From the NCBI GenBank assembly GCA_964057225.1, contig OZ059896.1, positions 2,232,001 to 2,296,000 of the forward strand: 64,000 bases of DNA. Reading direction: 5' to 3'. Under the pieces are notes generated by a model. It was given only the letters and a program-made list of their open reading frames with translations. It made no database searches and was not told where the DNA came from. The DNA is from Auanema rhodensis. Lineage: Eukaryota; Animalia; Nematoda. This document shows, one piece after another, positions 1 through 14,742 of this stretch (the stretch's first letter is position 1; every line of letters starts with the position of its first letter). The position numbers and the translations under genes are program-made.

Positions 1-58
1 TTTCAAACGATCATAACTAATTTTTGTATTGAGTGTTTCCCAATGTAGTATAGTGCAT

Positions 59-125
59 TCGATGCGGATTTTTAAGCTGCGTCGATCTGTGTTATCAGAT
101 TTGCGCTAGCTTAAAAATGCACCGA
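59..125. other. Long imperfect inverted repeat (hairpin/cruciform) present in every monomer; first copy shown
   Basis: atttttaagct (68-78) and agcttaaaaat (108-118) form a perfect 11-bp IR. Inside it lie gcg/cgc and atctg/cagat around a tgttat loop. Outside it lie tcgatgc/gcaccga (6 of 7 complementary). Confidence 0.9.
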
Positions 126-135
126 GATATTAACT

Positions 136-157
136 GATATAAGTTCACACTTATATC
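136..157. other. 9-bp perfect inverted repeat with 4-nt loop in each monomer; first copy shown
   Basis: gatataagt-tcac-acttatatc. The common gatataggt variant turns one pair into G.T. Confidence 0.9.
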
Positions 158-304
158 CTCGATTTTCACCCTGAAGAATTAATTTTTTTGTTGAATGACA
201 ATGTCCATCGTCTTTGTCTTGAAAAAAGGAATCTAAAAACATCTACTTTTTGTAAATTTATTCTGAAATTTTTCGGGAAAATTTTTGTCAAAATGTTTTT
301 GGAA

Positions 305-345
305 GCATTGTTGAGTGTACATGGAAACTCAACATACACTAATGC
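305..345. other. Third dyad-symmetry element in each monomer; first copy shown
   Basis: tgttgagt (309-316) pairs with actcaaca (327-334). An alternative pairing is agtgta (314-319) with tacact (335-340). The outer pair is gcatt/aatgc. Confidence 0.8.
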
Positions 346-3300
346 ATCATTTTTCAAACGATCATAACTAACTTTTGTATTGAGTGTTTCCCAATGTAGT
401 ATAGTGCATTCGATGTGGATTTTTAAGCTGCGTCGATCTGTGTTATCAGATTTGCGCTAGCTTAAAAATGCACCGAGATATCAACTGATATAAGTTCACA
501 CTTATATCCTCGATTTTCACCCTGAAGAATTAATTTTTTTGTTGAATAACAATGTCCATCGTCTTTGTCTTGAAAAAAGGAATCTAAAAACATCTACTTT
601 TTGTGAAATTATTTTGAAATTTTTCGGGAAAATTTTTGTCAAAATGTTTTTGGAAGCAATGTTGAGTGTACATGGAAACTCAACATACACTAATGCATCA
701 TTTTTCAAACGATCATAACTAATTTTTGCATTGAGTGTTTCCCAATGTAGTATAGTGCATTCGATGCGGATTTTTAAGCTGCGTCGATCTGTGTTATCAG
801 ATTTGCGCTAGCTTAAAAATGAACCGAGATATCAACTGATATAGGTTCACACTTATATCCTCGATTTTCACCCTGAAGATTTAATTTTTTCGTTGAATAA
901 CATTGTCCATCGTCTTTGTCTTGAAAAAAGGAATCTAAGAACATCTACTTTTTGTGAAATTATTTTGAAATTTTTCGGGAAAATTTTTGTCAAAATGTTT
1001 TTGGAAGCATTGTTGAGTGTACATGGAAACTCAACATACACTAATGCATCATTTTTCAAACGATCATAACTAATTTTTGTATTGAGCGTTTCTCCATGTA
1101 GTATAGTGCATTCGATGCGGATTTTTAAGCTGCGTCGATCTGTGTTATCAGATTTGCGCTAGCTTGAAAATGCACCGAGATATCAACTGATATAGGTTCA
1201 CACTTATATCCTCGATTTTCACCGTGAAGAATTAATTTTTTTGTTGAATAACAATGTCCATCGTCTTTGTCTTGAAAAAAGGAATCTAAAAACATCTACT
1301 TTTTGTGAAATTATTTTGAAATTTTTCGGGAAAATTTTTGTCAAAATGTTTTTGGAAGCATTGTTGAGTGTACATGGAAACTCAACATACACTAATGCAT
1401 CATTTTTCAAACGATCATAACTAATTTTTGTATTGAGTGTTTCCCAATGTAGTATAGTGCATTCGATGTGGATTTTTAAGCTGCGTCGATCTGTGTTATC
1501 AGATTTGCGCTAGCTTAAAAATGCACCGAGATATCAACTGATATAAGTTCACACTTATATCCTCGATTTTCACCCTGAAGAATTAATTTTTTTGTTGAAT
1601 AACAATGTCCATCGTCTTTGTCTTGAAAAAAGGAATCTAAAAACATCTACTTTTTGTGAAATTATTTTGAAATTTTTCGGGAAAATTTTTGTCAAAATGT
1701 TTTTGGAAGCAATGTTGAGTGTACATGGAAACTCAACATACACTAATGCATCATTTTTCAAACGATCATAACTAATTTTTGTATTGAGTGTTTTCCAATG
1801 TAGTATAGTGCATTCGATGTGGATTTTTAAGCTGCGTCGATCTGTGTTATCAGATTTGCGCTAGCTTAAAAATGCACCGAGATATCAACTGATATAAGTT
1901 CACACTTATATCCTCGATTTTCACCCTGAAGAATTAATTTTTTTGTTGAATAACAATGTCCATCGTCTTTGTCTTGAAAAAAGGAATCTAAAAACATCTA
2001 CTTTTTGTGAAATTATTTTGAAATTTTTCGGGAAAATTTTTGTCAAAATGTTTTTGGAAGCAATGTTGAGTGTACATGGAAACTCAACATACACTAATGC
2101 ATCATTTTTCAAACGATCATAACTAATTTTTGTATTGAGCGTTTCTCCATGTAGTATAGTGCATTCGATGCGGATTTTTAAGCTGCGTCGATCTGTGTTA
2201 TCAGATTTGCGCTAGCTTGAAAATGCACCGAGATATCAACTGATATAGGTTCACACTTATATCCTCGATTTTCACCGTGAAGAATTAATTTTTTCGTTGA
2301 ATAACAATGTCCATCGTCTTTGTCTTGAAAAAAGGAATCTAAAAACATCTACTTTTTGTAAATTTATTCTGAAATTTTTCGGGAAAATGTTTGTCAAAAT
2401 GTTTTTGGAAGCAATGTTGAGTGTACATGGAAACTCAACATACACTAATGCATCATTTTTCAAACAATCATAACTAATTTTTGTATTGAGCGTTTCTTAA
2501 TGTAGTATAGTACATTCGATGCGGATTTTTAAGCTGCGTCGATCTGTGTTATCAGATTTGCGCTAGCTTAAAAATGCACCGAGATATTAACTGATATAAG
2601 TTCACACTTATATCCTCGATTTTCACCCTGAAGAATTAATTTTTTTGTTGAATGACAATGTCCATCGTCTTTGTCTTGAAAAAAGGAATCTAAAAACATC
2701 TACTTTTTGTAAATTTATTCTGAAATTTTTCGGGAAAATGTTTGTCAAAATGTTTTTGGAAACAATGTTGAGTGTACATGGAAACTCAACATACACTAAT
2801 GCATCATTTTTCAAACAATCATAACTAATTTTTGTATTGAGCGTTTCTTAATGTAGTATAGTACATTCGATGCGGATTTTTAAGCTGCGTCGATCTGTGT
2901 TATCAGATTTGCGCTAGCTTAAAAATGAACCGAGATATCAACTGATATAGGTTCACACTTATATCCTCGATTTTCACCCTGAAGATTTAATTTTTTCGTT
3001 GAATAACATTGTCCATCGTCTTTGTCTTGAAAAAAGGAATCTAAGAACATCTACTTTTTGTGAAATTATTTTGAAATTTTTCGGGAAAATTTTTGTCAAA
3101 ATGTTTTTGGAAGCATTGTTGAGTGTACATGGAAACTCAACATACACTAATGCATCATTTTTCAAACGATCATAACTAATTTTTGTATTGAGCGTTTCTC
3201 CATGTAGTATAGTGCATTCGATGCGGATTTTTAAGCTGCGTCGATCTGTGTTATCAGATTTGCGCTAGCTTGAAAATGCACCGAGATATCAACTGATATA

Positions 3301-6300
3301 GGTTCACACTTATATCCTCGATTTTCACCGTGAAGAATTAATTTTTTTGTTGAATAACAATGTCCATCGTCTTTGTCTTGAAAAAAGGAATCTAAAAACA
3401 TCTACTTTTTGTGAAATTATTTTGAAATTTTTCGGGAAAATTTTTGTCAAAATGTTTTTGGAAGCATTGTTGAGTGTACATGGAAACTCAACATACACTA
3501 ATGCATCATTTTTCAAACGATCATAACTAATTTTCGTATTGAGTGTTTCCCAATGTAGTATAGTGCATTCGATGTGGATTTTTAAGCTGCGTCGATCTGT
3601 GTTATCAGATTTGCGCTAGCTTAAAAATGCACCGAGATATCAACTGATATAAGTTCACACTTATATCCTCGATTTTCACCCTGAAGAATTAATTTTTTTG
3701 TTGAATAACAATGTCCATCGTCTTTGTCTTGAAAAAAGGAATCTAAAAACATCTACTTTTTGTGAAATTATTTTGAAATTTTTCGGGAAAATTTTTGTCA
3801 AAATGTTTTTGGAAGCAATGTTGAGTGTACATGGAAACTCAACATACACTAATGCATCATTTTTCAAACGATCATAACTAATTTTTGTATTGAGCGTTTC
3901 TTAATGTAGTATAGTGCATTCGATGCGGATTTTTAAGCTGCGTCGATCTGTGTTATCAGATTTGCGCTAGCTTAAAAATGAACCGAGATATCAACTGATA
4001 TAGGTTCACACTTATATCCTCGATTTTCACCGTGAAGATTTAAGTTTTTCGTTGAATAACATTGTCCATCGTCTTTGTCTTGAAAAAAGGAATCTAAAAA
4101 CATCTACTTTTTGTGAAATTATTTTGAAATTTTTCGGGAAAATTTTTGTCAAAATGTTTTTGGAAGCAATGTTGAGTGTACATGGAAACTCAACATACAC
4201 TAATGCATCATTTTTCAAACGATCATAACTAATTTTTGTATTGAGTGTTTCCCAATGTAGTATAGTGCATTCGATGCGGATTTCTAAGCTGCGTCGATCT
4301 GTGTTATCAGATTTGCGCTAGCTTAAAAATGAACCGAGATATCAACTGATATAGGTTCACACTTATATCCTCGATTTTCACCCTGAAGATTTAATTTTTT
4401 CGTTGAATAACATTGTCCATCGTCTTTGTCTTGAAAAAAGGAATCTAAGAACATCTACTTTTTGTGAAATTATTTTGAAATTTTTCGGGAAAATTTTTGT
4501 CAAAATGTTTTTGGAAGCATTGTTGAGTGTACATGGAAACTCAACATACACTAATGCATCATTTTTCAAACGATCATAACTAATTTTTGTATTGAGTGTT
4601 TCCCAATGTAGTATAGTGCATTCGATGTGGATTTTTAAGCTGCGTCGATCTGTGTTATCAGATTTGCGCTAGCTTAAAAATGCACCGAGATATCAACTGA
4701 TATAAGTTCACACTTATATCCTCGATTTTCACCCTGAAGAATTAATTTTTTTGTTGAATAACAATGTCCATCGTCTTTGTCTTGAAAAAAGGAATCTAAA
4801 AACATCTACTTTTTGTGAAATTATTTTGAAATTTTTCGGGAAAATTTTTGTCAAAATGTTTTTGGAAGCAATGTTGAGTGTACATGGAAACTCAACATAC
4901 ACTAATGCATCATTTTTCAAACGATCATAACTAATTTTTGTATTGAGCGTTTCTTAATGTAGTATAGTGCATTCGATGCGGATTTTTAAGCTGCGTCGAT
5001 CTGTGTTATCAGATTTGCGCTAGCTTAAAAATGAACCGAGCTATCAACTGATATAGGTTCACACTTATATCCTCGATTTTCACCGTGAAGATTTAAGTTT
5101 TTCGTTGAATAACATTGTCCATCGTCTTTGTCTTGAAAAAAGGAATCTAAAAACATCTACTTTTTGTGAAATTATTTTGAAATTTTTCGGGAAAATTTTT
5201 GTCAAAATGTTTTTGGAAGCAATGTTGAGTGTACATGGAAACTCAACATACACTAATGCATCATTTTTCAAACGATCATAACTAATTTTTGTATTGAGTG
5301 TTTCCCAATGTAGTATAGTGCATTCGATGCGGATTTTTAAGCTGCGTCGATCTGTGTTATCAGATTTGCGCTAGCTTAAAAATGAACCGAGATATCAACT
5401 GATATAGGTTCACACTTATATCCTCGATTTTCACCCTGAAGATTTAATTTTTTCGTTGAATAACATTGTCCATCGTCTTTGTCTTGAAAAAAGGAATCTA
5501 AGAACATCTACTTTTTGTGAAATTATTTTGAAATTTTTCGGGAAAATTTTTGTCAAAATGTTTTTGGAAGCATTGTTGAGTGTACATGGAAACTCAACAT
5601 ACACTAATGCATCATTTTTCAAACGATCATAACTAATTTTTGTATTGAGCGTTTCTCCATGTAGTATAGTGCATTCGATGCGGATTTTTAAGCTGCGTCG
5701 ATCTGTGTTATCAGATTTGCGCTAGCTTGAAAATGCACCGAGATATCAACTGATATAGGTTCACACTTATATCCTCGATTTTCACCGTGAAGAATTAATT
5801 TTTTTGTTGAATAACAATGTCCATCGTCTTTGTCTTGAAAAAAGGAATCTAAAAACATCTACTTTTTGTGAAATTATTTTGAAATTTTTCGGGAAAATTT
5901 TTGTCAAAATGTTTTTGGAAGCATTGTTGAGTGTACATGGAAACTCAACATACACTAATGCATCATTTTTCAAACGATCATAACTAATTTTTGTATTGAG
6001 TGTTTCCCAATGTAGTATAGTGCATTCGATGTGGATTTTTAAGCTGCGTCGATCTGTGTTATCAGATTTGCGCTAGCTTAAAAATGCACCGAGATATCAA
6101 CTGATATAAGTTCACACTTATATCCTCGATTTTCACCCTGAAGATTTAATTTTTTCGTTGAATAACATTGTCCATCGTCTTTGTCTTGAAAAAAGGAATC
6201 TAAGAACATCTACTTTTTGTGAAATTATTTTGAAATTTTTCGGGAAAATTTTTGTCAAAATGTTTTTGGAAGCAATGTTGAGTGTACATGGAAACTCAAC

Positions 6301-9300
6301 ATACACTAATGCATCATTTTTCAAACGATCATAACTAATTTTTGTATTGAGCGTTTCTCCATGTAGTATAGTGCATTCGATGCGGATTTTTAAGCTGCGT
6401 CGATCTGTGTTATCAGATTTGCGCTAGCTTGAAAATGCACCGAGATATCAACTGATATAGGTTCACACTTATATCCTCGATTTTCACCGTGAAGAATTAA
6501 TTTTTTTGTTGAATAACAATGTCCATCGTCTTTGTCTTGAAAAAAGGAATCTAAAAACATCTACTTTTTGTGAAATTATTTTGAAATTTTTCGGGAAAAT
6601 TTTTGTCAAAATGTTTTTGGAAGCATTGTTGAGTGTACATGGAAACTCAACATACACTAATGCATCATTTTTCAAACGATCATAACTAATTTTTGTATTG
6701 AGTGTTTCCCAATGTAGTATAGTGCATTCGATGTGGATTTTTAAGCTGCGTCGATCTGTGTTATCAGATTTGCGCTAGCTTAAAAATGCACCGAGATATC
6801 AACTGATATAAGTTCACACTTATATCCTCGATTTTCACCCTGAAGAATTAATTTTTTTGTTGAATAACAATGTCCATCGTCTTTGTCTTGAAAAAAGGAA
6901 TCTAAAAACATCTACTTTTTGTGAAATTATTTTGAAATTTTTCGGGAAAATTTTTGTCAAAATGTTTTTGGAAGCAATGTTGAGTGTACATGGAAACTCA
7001 ACATACACTAATGCATCATTTTTCAAACGATCATAACTAATTTTTGTATTGAGCGTTTCTTAATGTAGTATAGTGCATTCGATGCGGATTTTTAAGCTGC
7101 GTCGATCTGTGTTATCAGATTTGCGCTAGCTTAAAAATGAACCGAGATATCAACTGATATAGGTTCACACTTATATCCTCGATTTTCACCGTGAAGATTT
7201 AATTTTTTCGTTGAATAACATTGTCCATCGTCTTTGTCTTGAAAAAAGGAATCTAAAAACATCTACTTTTTGTGAAATTATTTTGAAATTTTTCGGGAAA
7301 ATTTTTGTCAAAATGTTTTTGGAAGCATTGTTGAGTGTACATGGAAACTCAACATACACTAATGCATCATTTTTCAAACGATCATAACTAACTTTTGTAT
7401 TGAGTGTTTCCCAATGTAGTATAGTGCATTCGATGTGGATTTTTAAGCTGCGTCGATCTGTGTTATCAGATTTGCGCTAGCTTAAAAATGCACCGAGATA
7501 TCAACTGATATAAGTTCACACTTATATCCTCGATTTTCACCCTGAAGAATTAATTTTTTTGTTGAATAACAATGTTCATCGTCTTTGTCTTGAAAAAAGG
7601 AATCTAAAAACATCTACTTTTTGTGAAATTATTTTGAAATTTTTCGGGAAAATTTTTGTCAAAATGTTTTTGGAAGCAATGTTGAGTGTACATGGAAACT
7701 CAACATACACTAATGCATCATTTTTCAAACGATCATAACTAATTTTTGTATTGAGTGTTTCCCAATGTAGTATAGTGCATTCGATGCGGATTTTTAAGCT
7801 GCGTCGATCTGTGTTATCAGATTTGCGCTAGCTTAAAAATGAACCGAGATATCAACTGATATAGGTTCACACTTATATCCTCGATTTTCACCCTGAAGAT
7901 TTAATTTTTTCGTTGAATAACATTGTCCATCGTCTTTGTCTTGAAAAAAGGAATCTAAGAACATCTACTTTTTGTGAAATTATTTTGAAATTTTTCGGGA
8001 AAATTTTTGTCAAAATGTTTTTGGAAGCATTGTTGAGTGTACATGGAAACTCAACATACACTAATGCATCATTTTTCAAACGATCATAACTAATTTTTGT
8101 ATTGAGCGTTTCTCCATGTAGTATAGTGCATTCGATGCGGATTTTTAAGCTGCGTCGATCTGTGTTATCAGATTTGCGCTAGCTTGAAAATGCACCGAGA
8201 TATCAACTGATATAGGTTCACACTTATATCCTCGATTTTCACCGTGAAGAATTAATTTTTTCGTTGAATAACAATGTCCATCGTCTTTGTCTTGAAAAAA
8301 GGAATCTAAAAACATCTACTTTTTGTAAATTTATTCTGAAATTTTTCGGGAAAATGTTTGTCAAAATGTTTTTGGAAGCAATGTTGAGTGTACATGGAAA
8401 CTCAACATACACTAATGCATCATTTTTCAAACGATCATAACTAATTTTTGTATTGAGCGTTTCTCCATGTAGTATAGTGCATTCGATGCGGATTTTTAAG
8501 CTGCGTCGATCTGTGTTATCAGATTTGCGCTAGCTTAAAAATGAACCGAGATATCAACTGATATAGGTTCACACTTATATCCTCGATTTTCACCGTGAAG
8601 AATTAATTTTTTTGTTGAATGACAATGTCCATCGTCTTTGTCTTGAAAAAAGGAATCTAAAAACATCTACTTTTTGTAAATTTATTCTGAAATTTTTCGG
8701 GAAAATGTTTGTCAAAATGTTTTTGGAAGCAATGTTGAGTGTACATGGAAACTCAACATACACTAATGCATCATTTTTCAAACAATCATAACTAATTTTT
8801 GTATTGAGCGTTTCTTAATGTAGTATAGTACATTCGATGCGGATTTTTAAGCTGCGTCGATCTGTGTTATCAGATTTGCGCTAGCTTAAAAATGCACCGA
8901 GATATCAACTGATATAAGTTCACACTTATATCCTCGATTTTCACCCTGAAGAATTAATTTTTTTGTTGAATAACAATGTCCATCGTCTTTGTCTTGAAAA
9001 AAGGAATCTAAAAACATCTACTTTTTGTGAAATTATTTTGAAATTTTTCGGGAAAATTTTTGTCAAAATGTTTTTGGAAGCAATGTTGAGTGTACATGGA
9101 AACTCAACATACACTAATGCATCATTTTTCAAACGATCATAACTAATTTTTGTATTGAGTGTTTCCCAATGTAGTATAGTGCATTCGATGCGGATTTTTA
9201 AGCTGCGTCGATCTGTGTTATCAGATTTGCGCTAGCTTAAAAATGAACCGAGATATCAACTGATATAGGTTCACACTTATATCCTCGATTTTCACCCTGA

Positions 9301-12300
9301 AGATTTAATTTTTTCGTTGAATAACATTGTCCATCGTCTTTGTCTTGAAAAAAGGAATCTAAGAACATCTACTTTTTGTGAAATTATTTTGAAATTTTTC
9401 GGGAAAATTTTTGTCAGAATGTTTTTGGAAGCATTGTTGAGTGTACATGGAAACTCAACATACACTAATGCATCATTTTTCAAACGATCATAACCAATTT
9501 TTGTATTGAGCGTTTCTCCATGTAGTATAGTGCATTCGATGCGGATTTTTAAGCTGCGTCGATCTGTGTTATCAGATTTGCGCTAGCTTAAAAATGCACC
9601 GAGATATCAACTGATATAGGTTCACACTTATATCCTCGATTTTCACCGTGAAGAATTAATTTTTTTGTTGAATAACAATGTCCATCGTCTTTGTCTTGAA
9701 AAAAGGAATCTAAAAACATCTACTTTTTGTGAAATTATTTTGAAATTTTTCGGGAAAATTTTTGTCAAAATGTTTTTGGAAGCATTGTTGAGTGTACATG
9801 GAAACTCAACATACACTAATGCATCATTTTTCAAACGATCATAACTAATTTTTGTATTGAGTGTTTCCCAATGTAGTATAGTGCATTCGATGTGGATTTT
9901 TAAGCTGCGTCAATCTGTGTTATCAGATTTGCGCTAGCTTAAAAATGCACCGAGATATCAACTGATATAAGTTCACACTTATATCCTCGATTTTCACCCT
10001 GAAGAATTAATTTTTTTGTTGAATAACAATGTCCATCGTTTTTGTCTTGAAAAAAGGAATCTAAAAACATCTACTTTTTGTGAAATTATTTTGAAATTTT
10101 TCGGGAAAATTTTTGTCAAAATGTTTTTGGAAGCAATGTTGAGTGTACATGGAAACTCAACATACACTAATGCATCATTTTTCAAACGATCATAACTAAT
10201 TTTTGTATTGAGTGTTTTCCAATGTAGTATAGTGCATTCGATGTGGATTTTTAAGCTGCGTCGATCTGTGTTATCAGATTTGCGCTAGCTTAAAAATGCA
10301 CCGAGATATCAACTGATATAAGTTCACACTTATATCCTCGATTTTCACCCTGAAGAATTAATTTTTTTGTTGAATAACAATGTCCATCGTCTTTGTCTTG
10401 AAAAAAGGAATCTAAAAACATCTACTTTTTGTGAAATTATTTTGAAATTTTTCGGGAAAATTTTTGTCAAAATGTTTTTGGAAGCAATGTTGAGTGTACA
10501 TGGAAACTCAACATACACTAATGCATCATTTTTCAAACGATCATAACCAATTTTTGTATTGAGCGTTTCTCCATGTAGTATAGTGCATTCGATGCGGATT
10601 TTTAAGCTGCGTCGATCTGTGTTATCAGATTTGCGCTAGCTTAAAAATGCACCGAGATATCAACTGATATAGGTTCACACTTATATCCTCGATTTTCACC
10701 GTGAAGAATTAATTTTTTTGTTGAATAACAATGTCCATCGTCTTTGTCTTGAAAAAAGGAATCTAAAAACATCTACTTTTTGTGAAATTATTTTGAAATT
10801 TTTCGGGAAAATTTTTGTCAAAATGTTTTTGGAAGCATTGTTGAGTGTACATGGAAACTCAACATACACTAATGCATCATTTTTCAAACGATCATAACTA
10901 ATTTTTGTATTGAGTGTTTCCCAATGTAGTATAGTGCATTCGATGTGGATTTTTAAGCTGCGTCAATCTGTGTTATCAGATTTGCGCTAGCTTAAAAATG
11001 CACCGAGATATCAACTGATATAAGTTCACACTTATATCCTCGATTTTCACCCTGAAGAATTAATTTTTTTGTTGAATAACAATGTCCATCGTTTTTGTCT
11101 TGAAAAAAGGAATCTAAAAACATCTACTTTTTGTGAAATTATTTTGAAATTTTTCGGGAAAATTTTTGTCAAAATGTTTTTGGAAGCATTGTTGAGTGTA
11201 CATGGAAACTCAACATACACTAATGCATCATTTTTCAAACGATCATAACTAATTTTTGTATTGAGTGTTTCCCAATGTAGTATAGTGCATTCGATGTGGA
11301 TTTTTAAGCTGCGTCAATCTGTGTTATCAGATTTGCGCTAGCTTAAAAATGCACCGAGATATCAACTGATATAAGTTCACACTTATATCCTCGATTTTCA
11401 CCCTGAAGAATTAATTTTTTTGTTGAATAACAATGTCCATCGTTTTTGTCTTGAAAAAAGGAATCTAAAAACATCTACTTTTTGTGAAATTATTCTGAAA
11501 TTTTTCGGGAAAATTTTTGTCAAAATGTTTTTGGAAGCAATGTTGAGTGTACATGGAAACTCAACATACACTAATGCATCATTTTTCAAACGATCATAAC
11601 TAATTTTTGTATTGAGTGTTTTCCAATGTAGTATAGTGCATTCGATGTGGATTTTTAAGCTGCGTCGATCTGTGTTATCAGATTTGCGCTAGCTTAAAAA
11701 TGCACCGAGATATCAACTGATATAAGTTCACACTTATATCCTCGATTTTCACCCTGAAGAATTAATTTTTTTGTTGAATAACAATGTCCATCGTCTTTGT
11801 CTTGAAAAAAGGAATCTAAAAACATCTACTTTTTGTGAAATTATTTTGAAATTTTTCGGGAAAATTTTTGTCAAAATGTTTTTGGAAGCAATGTTGAGTG
11901 TACATGGAAACTCAACATACACTAATGCATCATTTTTCAAACGATCATAACTAATTTTTGTATTGAGCGTTTCTCCATGTAGTATAGTGCATTCGATGCG
12001 GATTTTTAAGCTGCGTCGATCTGTGTTATCAGATTTGCGCTAGCTTGAAAATGCACCGAGATATCAACTGATATAGGTTCACACTTATATCCTCGATTTT
12101 CACCGTGAAGAATTAATTTTTTCGTTGAATAACAATGTCCATCGTCTTTGTCTTGAAAAAAGGAATCTAAAAACATCTACTTTTTGTAAATTTATTCTGA
12201 AATTTTTCGGGAAAATGTTTGTCAAAATGTTTTTGGAAGCAATGTTGAGTGTACATGGAAACTCAACATACACTAATGCATCATTTTTCAAACAATCATA

Positions 12301-14742
12301 ACTAATTTTTGTATTGAGCGTTTCTTAATGTAGTATAGTACATTCGATGCGGATTTTTAAGCTGCGTCGATCTGTGTTATCAGATTTGCGCTAGCTTAAA
12401 AATGAACCGAGATATCAACTGATATAGGTTCACACTTATATCCTCGATTTTCACCGTGAAGAATTAATTTTTTTGTTGAATGACAATGTCCATCGTCTTT
12501 GTCTTGAAAAAAGGAATCTAAAAACATCTACTTTTTGTAAATTTATTCTGAAATTTTTCGGGAAAATGTTTGTCAAAATGTTTTTGGAAGCAATGTTGAG
12601 TGTACATGGAAACTCAACATACACTAATGCATCATTTTTCAAACGATCATAACTAATTTTTGTATTGAGTGTTTTCCAATGTAGTATAGTGCATTCGATG
12701 TGGATTTTTAAGCTGCGTCGATCTGTGTTATCAGATTTGCGCTAGCTTAAAAATGCACCGAGATATCAACTGATATAAGTTCACACTTATATCCTCGATT
12801 TTCACCCTGAAGAATTAATTTTTTTGTTGAATAACAATGTCCATCGTCTTTGTCTTGAAAAAAGGAATCTAAAAACATCTACTTTTTGTGAAATTATTTT
12901 GAAATTTTTCGGGAAAATTTTTGTCAAAATGTTTTTGGAAGCATTGTTGAGTGTACATGGAAACTCAACATACACTAATGCATCATTTTTCAAACAATCA
13001 TAACTAATTTTTGTATTGAGCGTTTCTTAATGTAGTTTAGTACATTCGATGCGGATTTTTAAGCTGCGTCGATCTGTGTTATCAGATTTGCGCTAGCTTA
13101 AAAATGCACCGAGATATCAACTGATATAAGTTCACACTTATATCCTCGATTTTCACCCTGAAGAATTAATTTTTTTGTTGAATAACAATGTCCATCGTCT
13201 TTGTCTTGAAAAAAGGAATCTAAAAACATCTACTTTTTGTGAAATTATTTTGAAATTTTTCGGGAAAATTTTTGTCAAAATGTTTTTGGAAGCAATGTTG
13301 AGTGTACATGGAAACTCAACATACACTAATGCATCATTTTTCAAACGATCATAACTAATTTTTGTATTGAGTGTTTCCCAATGTAGTATAGTGCATTCGA
13401 TGCGGATTTTTAAGCTGCGTCGATCTGTGTTATCAGATTTGCGCTAGCTTAAAAATGAACCGAGATATCAACTGATATAGGTTCACACTTATATCCTCGA
13501 TTTTCACCCTGAAGATTTAATTTTTTCGTTGAATAACATTGTCCATCGTCTTTGTCTTGAAAAAAGGAATCTAAGAACATCTACTTTTTGTGAAATTATT
13601 TTGAAATTTTTCGGGAAAATTTTTGTCAAAATGTTTTTGGAAGCATTGTTGAGTGTACATGGAAACTCAACATACACTAATGCATCATTTTTCAAACGAT
13701 CATAACCAATTTTTGTATTGAGCGTTTCTCCATGTAGTATAGTGCATTCGATGCGGATTTTTAAGCTGCGTCGATCTGTGTTATCAGATTTGCGCTAGCT
13801 TAAAAATGCACCGAGATATCAACTGATATAGGTTCACACTTATATCCTCGATTTTCACCGTGAAGAATTAATTTTTTTGTTGAATAACAATGTCCATCGT
13901 CTTTGTCTTGAAAAAAGGAATCTAAAAACATCTACTTTTTGTGAAATTATTTTGAAATTTTTCGGGAAAATTTTTGTCAAAATGTTTTTGGAAGCAATGT
14001 TGAGTGTACATGGAAACTCAACATACACTAATGCATCATTTTTCAAACGATCATAACTAATTTTTGTATTGAGTGTTTTCCAATGTAGTATAGTGCATTC
14101 GATGTGGATTTTTAAGCTGCGTCGATCTGTGTTATCAGATTTGCGCTAGCTTAAAAATGCACCGAGATATCAACTGATATAAGTTCACACTTATATCCTC
14201 GATTTTCACCCTGAAGAATTAATTTTTTTGTTGAATAACAATGTCCATCGTCTTTGTCTTGAAAAAAGGAATCTAAAAACATCTACTTTTTGTGAAATTA
14301 TTTTGAAATTTTTCGGGAAAATTTTTGTCAAAATGTTTTTGGAAGCAATGTTGAGTGTACATGGAAACTCAACATACACTAATGCATCATTTTTCAAACG
14401 ATCATAACCAATTTTTGTATTGAGCGTTTCTCCATGTAGTATAGTGCATTCGATGCGGATTTTTAAGCTGCGTCGATCTGTGTTATCAGATTTGCGCTAG
14501 CTTAAAAATGCACCGAGATATCAACTGATATAGGTTCACACTTATATCCTCGATTTTCACCGTGAAGAATTAATTTTTTTGTTGAATAACAATGTCCATC
14601 GTCTTTGTCTTGAAAAAAGGAATCTAAAAACATCTACTTTTTGTGAAATTATTTTGAAATTTTTCGGGAAAATTTTTGTCAAAATGTTTTTGGAAGCATT
14701 GTTGAGTGTACATGGAAACTCAACATACACTAATGCATCATT

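Noticed and set aside
57-280. CENP-B box
   Set aside because: ttcg and cggg occur, but not in the TTCG-N4-A-N2-CGGG spacing.
1-351. 5S rRNA, tRNA, snRNA or spliced-leader tandem gene unit
   Set aside because: I could see no recognisable conserved RNA sequence or Pol III A/B/C boxes. An Rfam/Infernal scan would be decisive.
1-351. Monomer as a diverged dimer of ~175-bp halves
   Set aside because: There is only a short AT-rich resemblance (aactaatttttgtattga vs aattaatttttttgttga, offset ~162), which is not convincing by eye.
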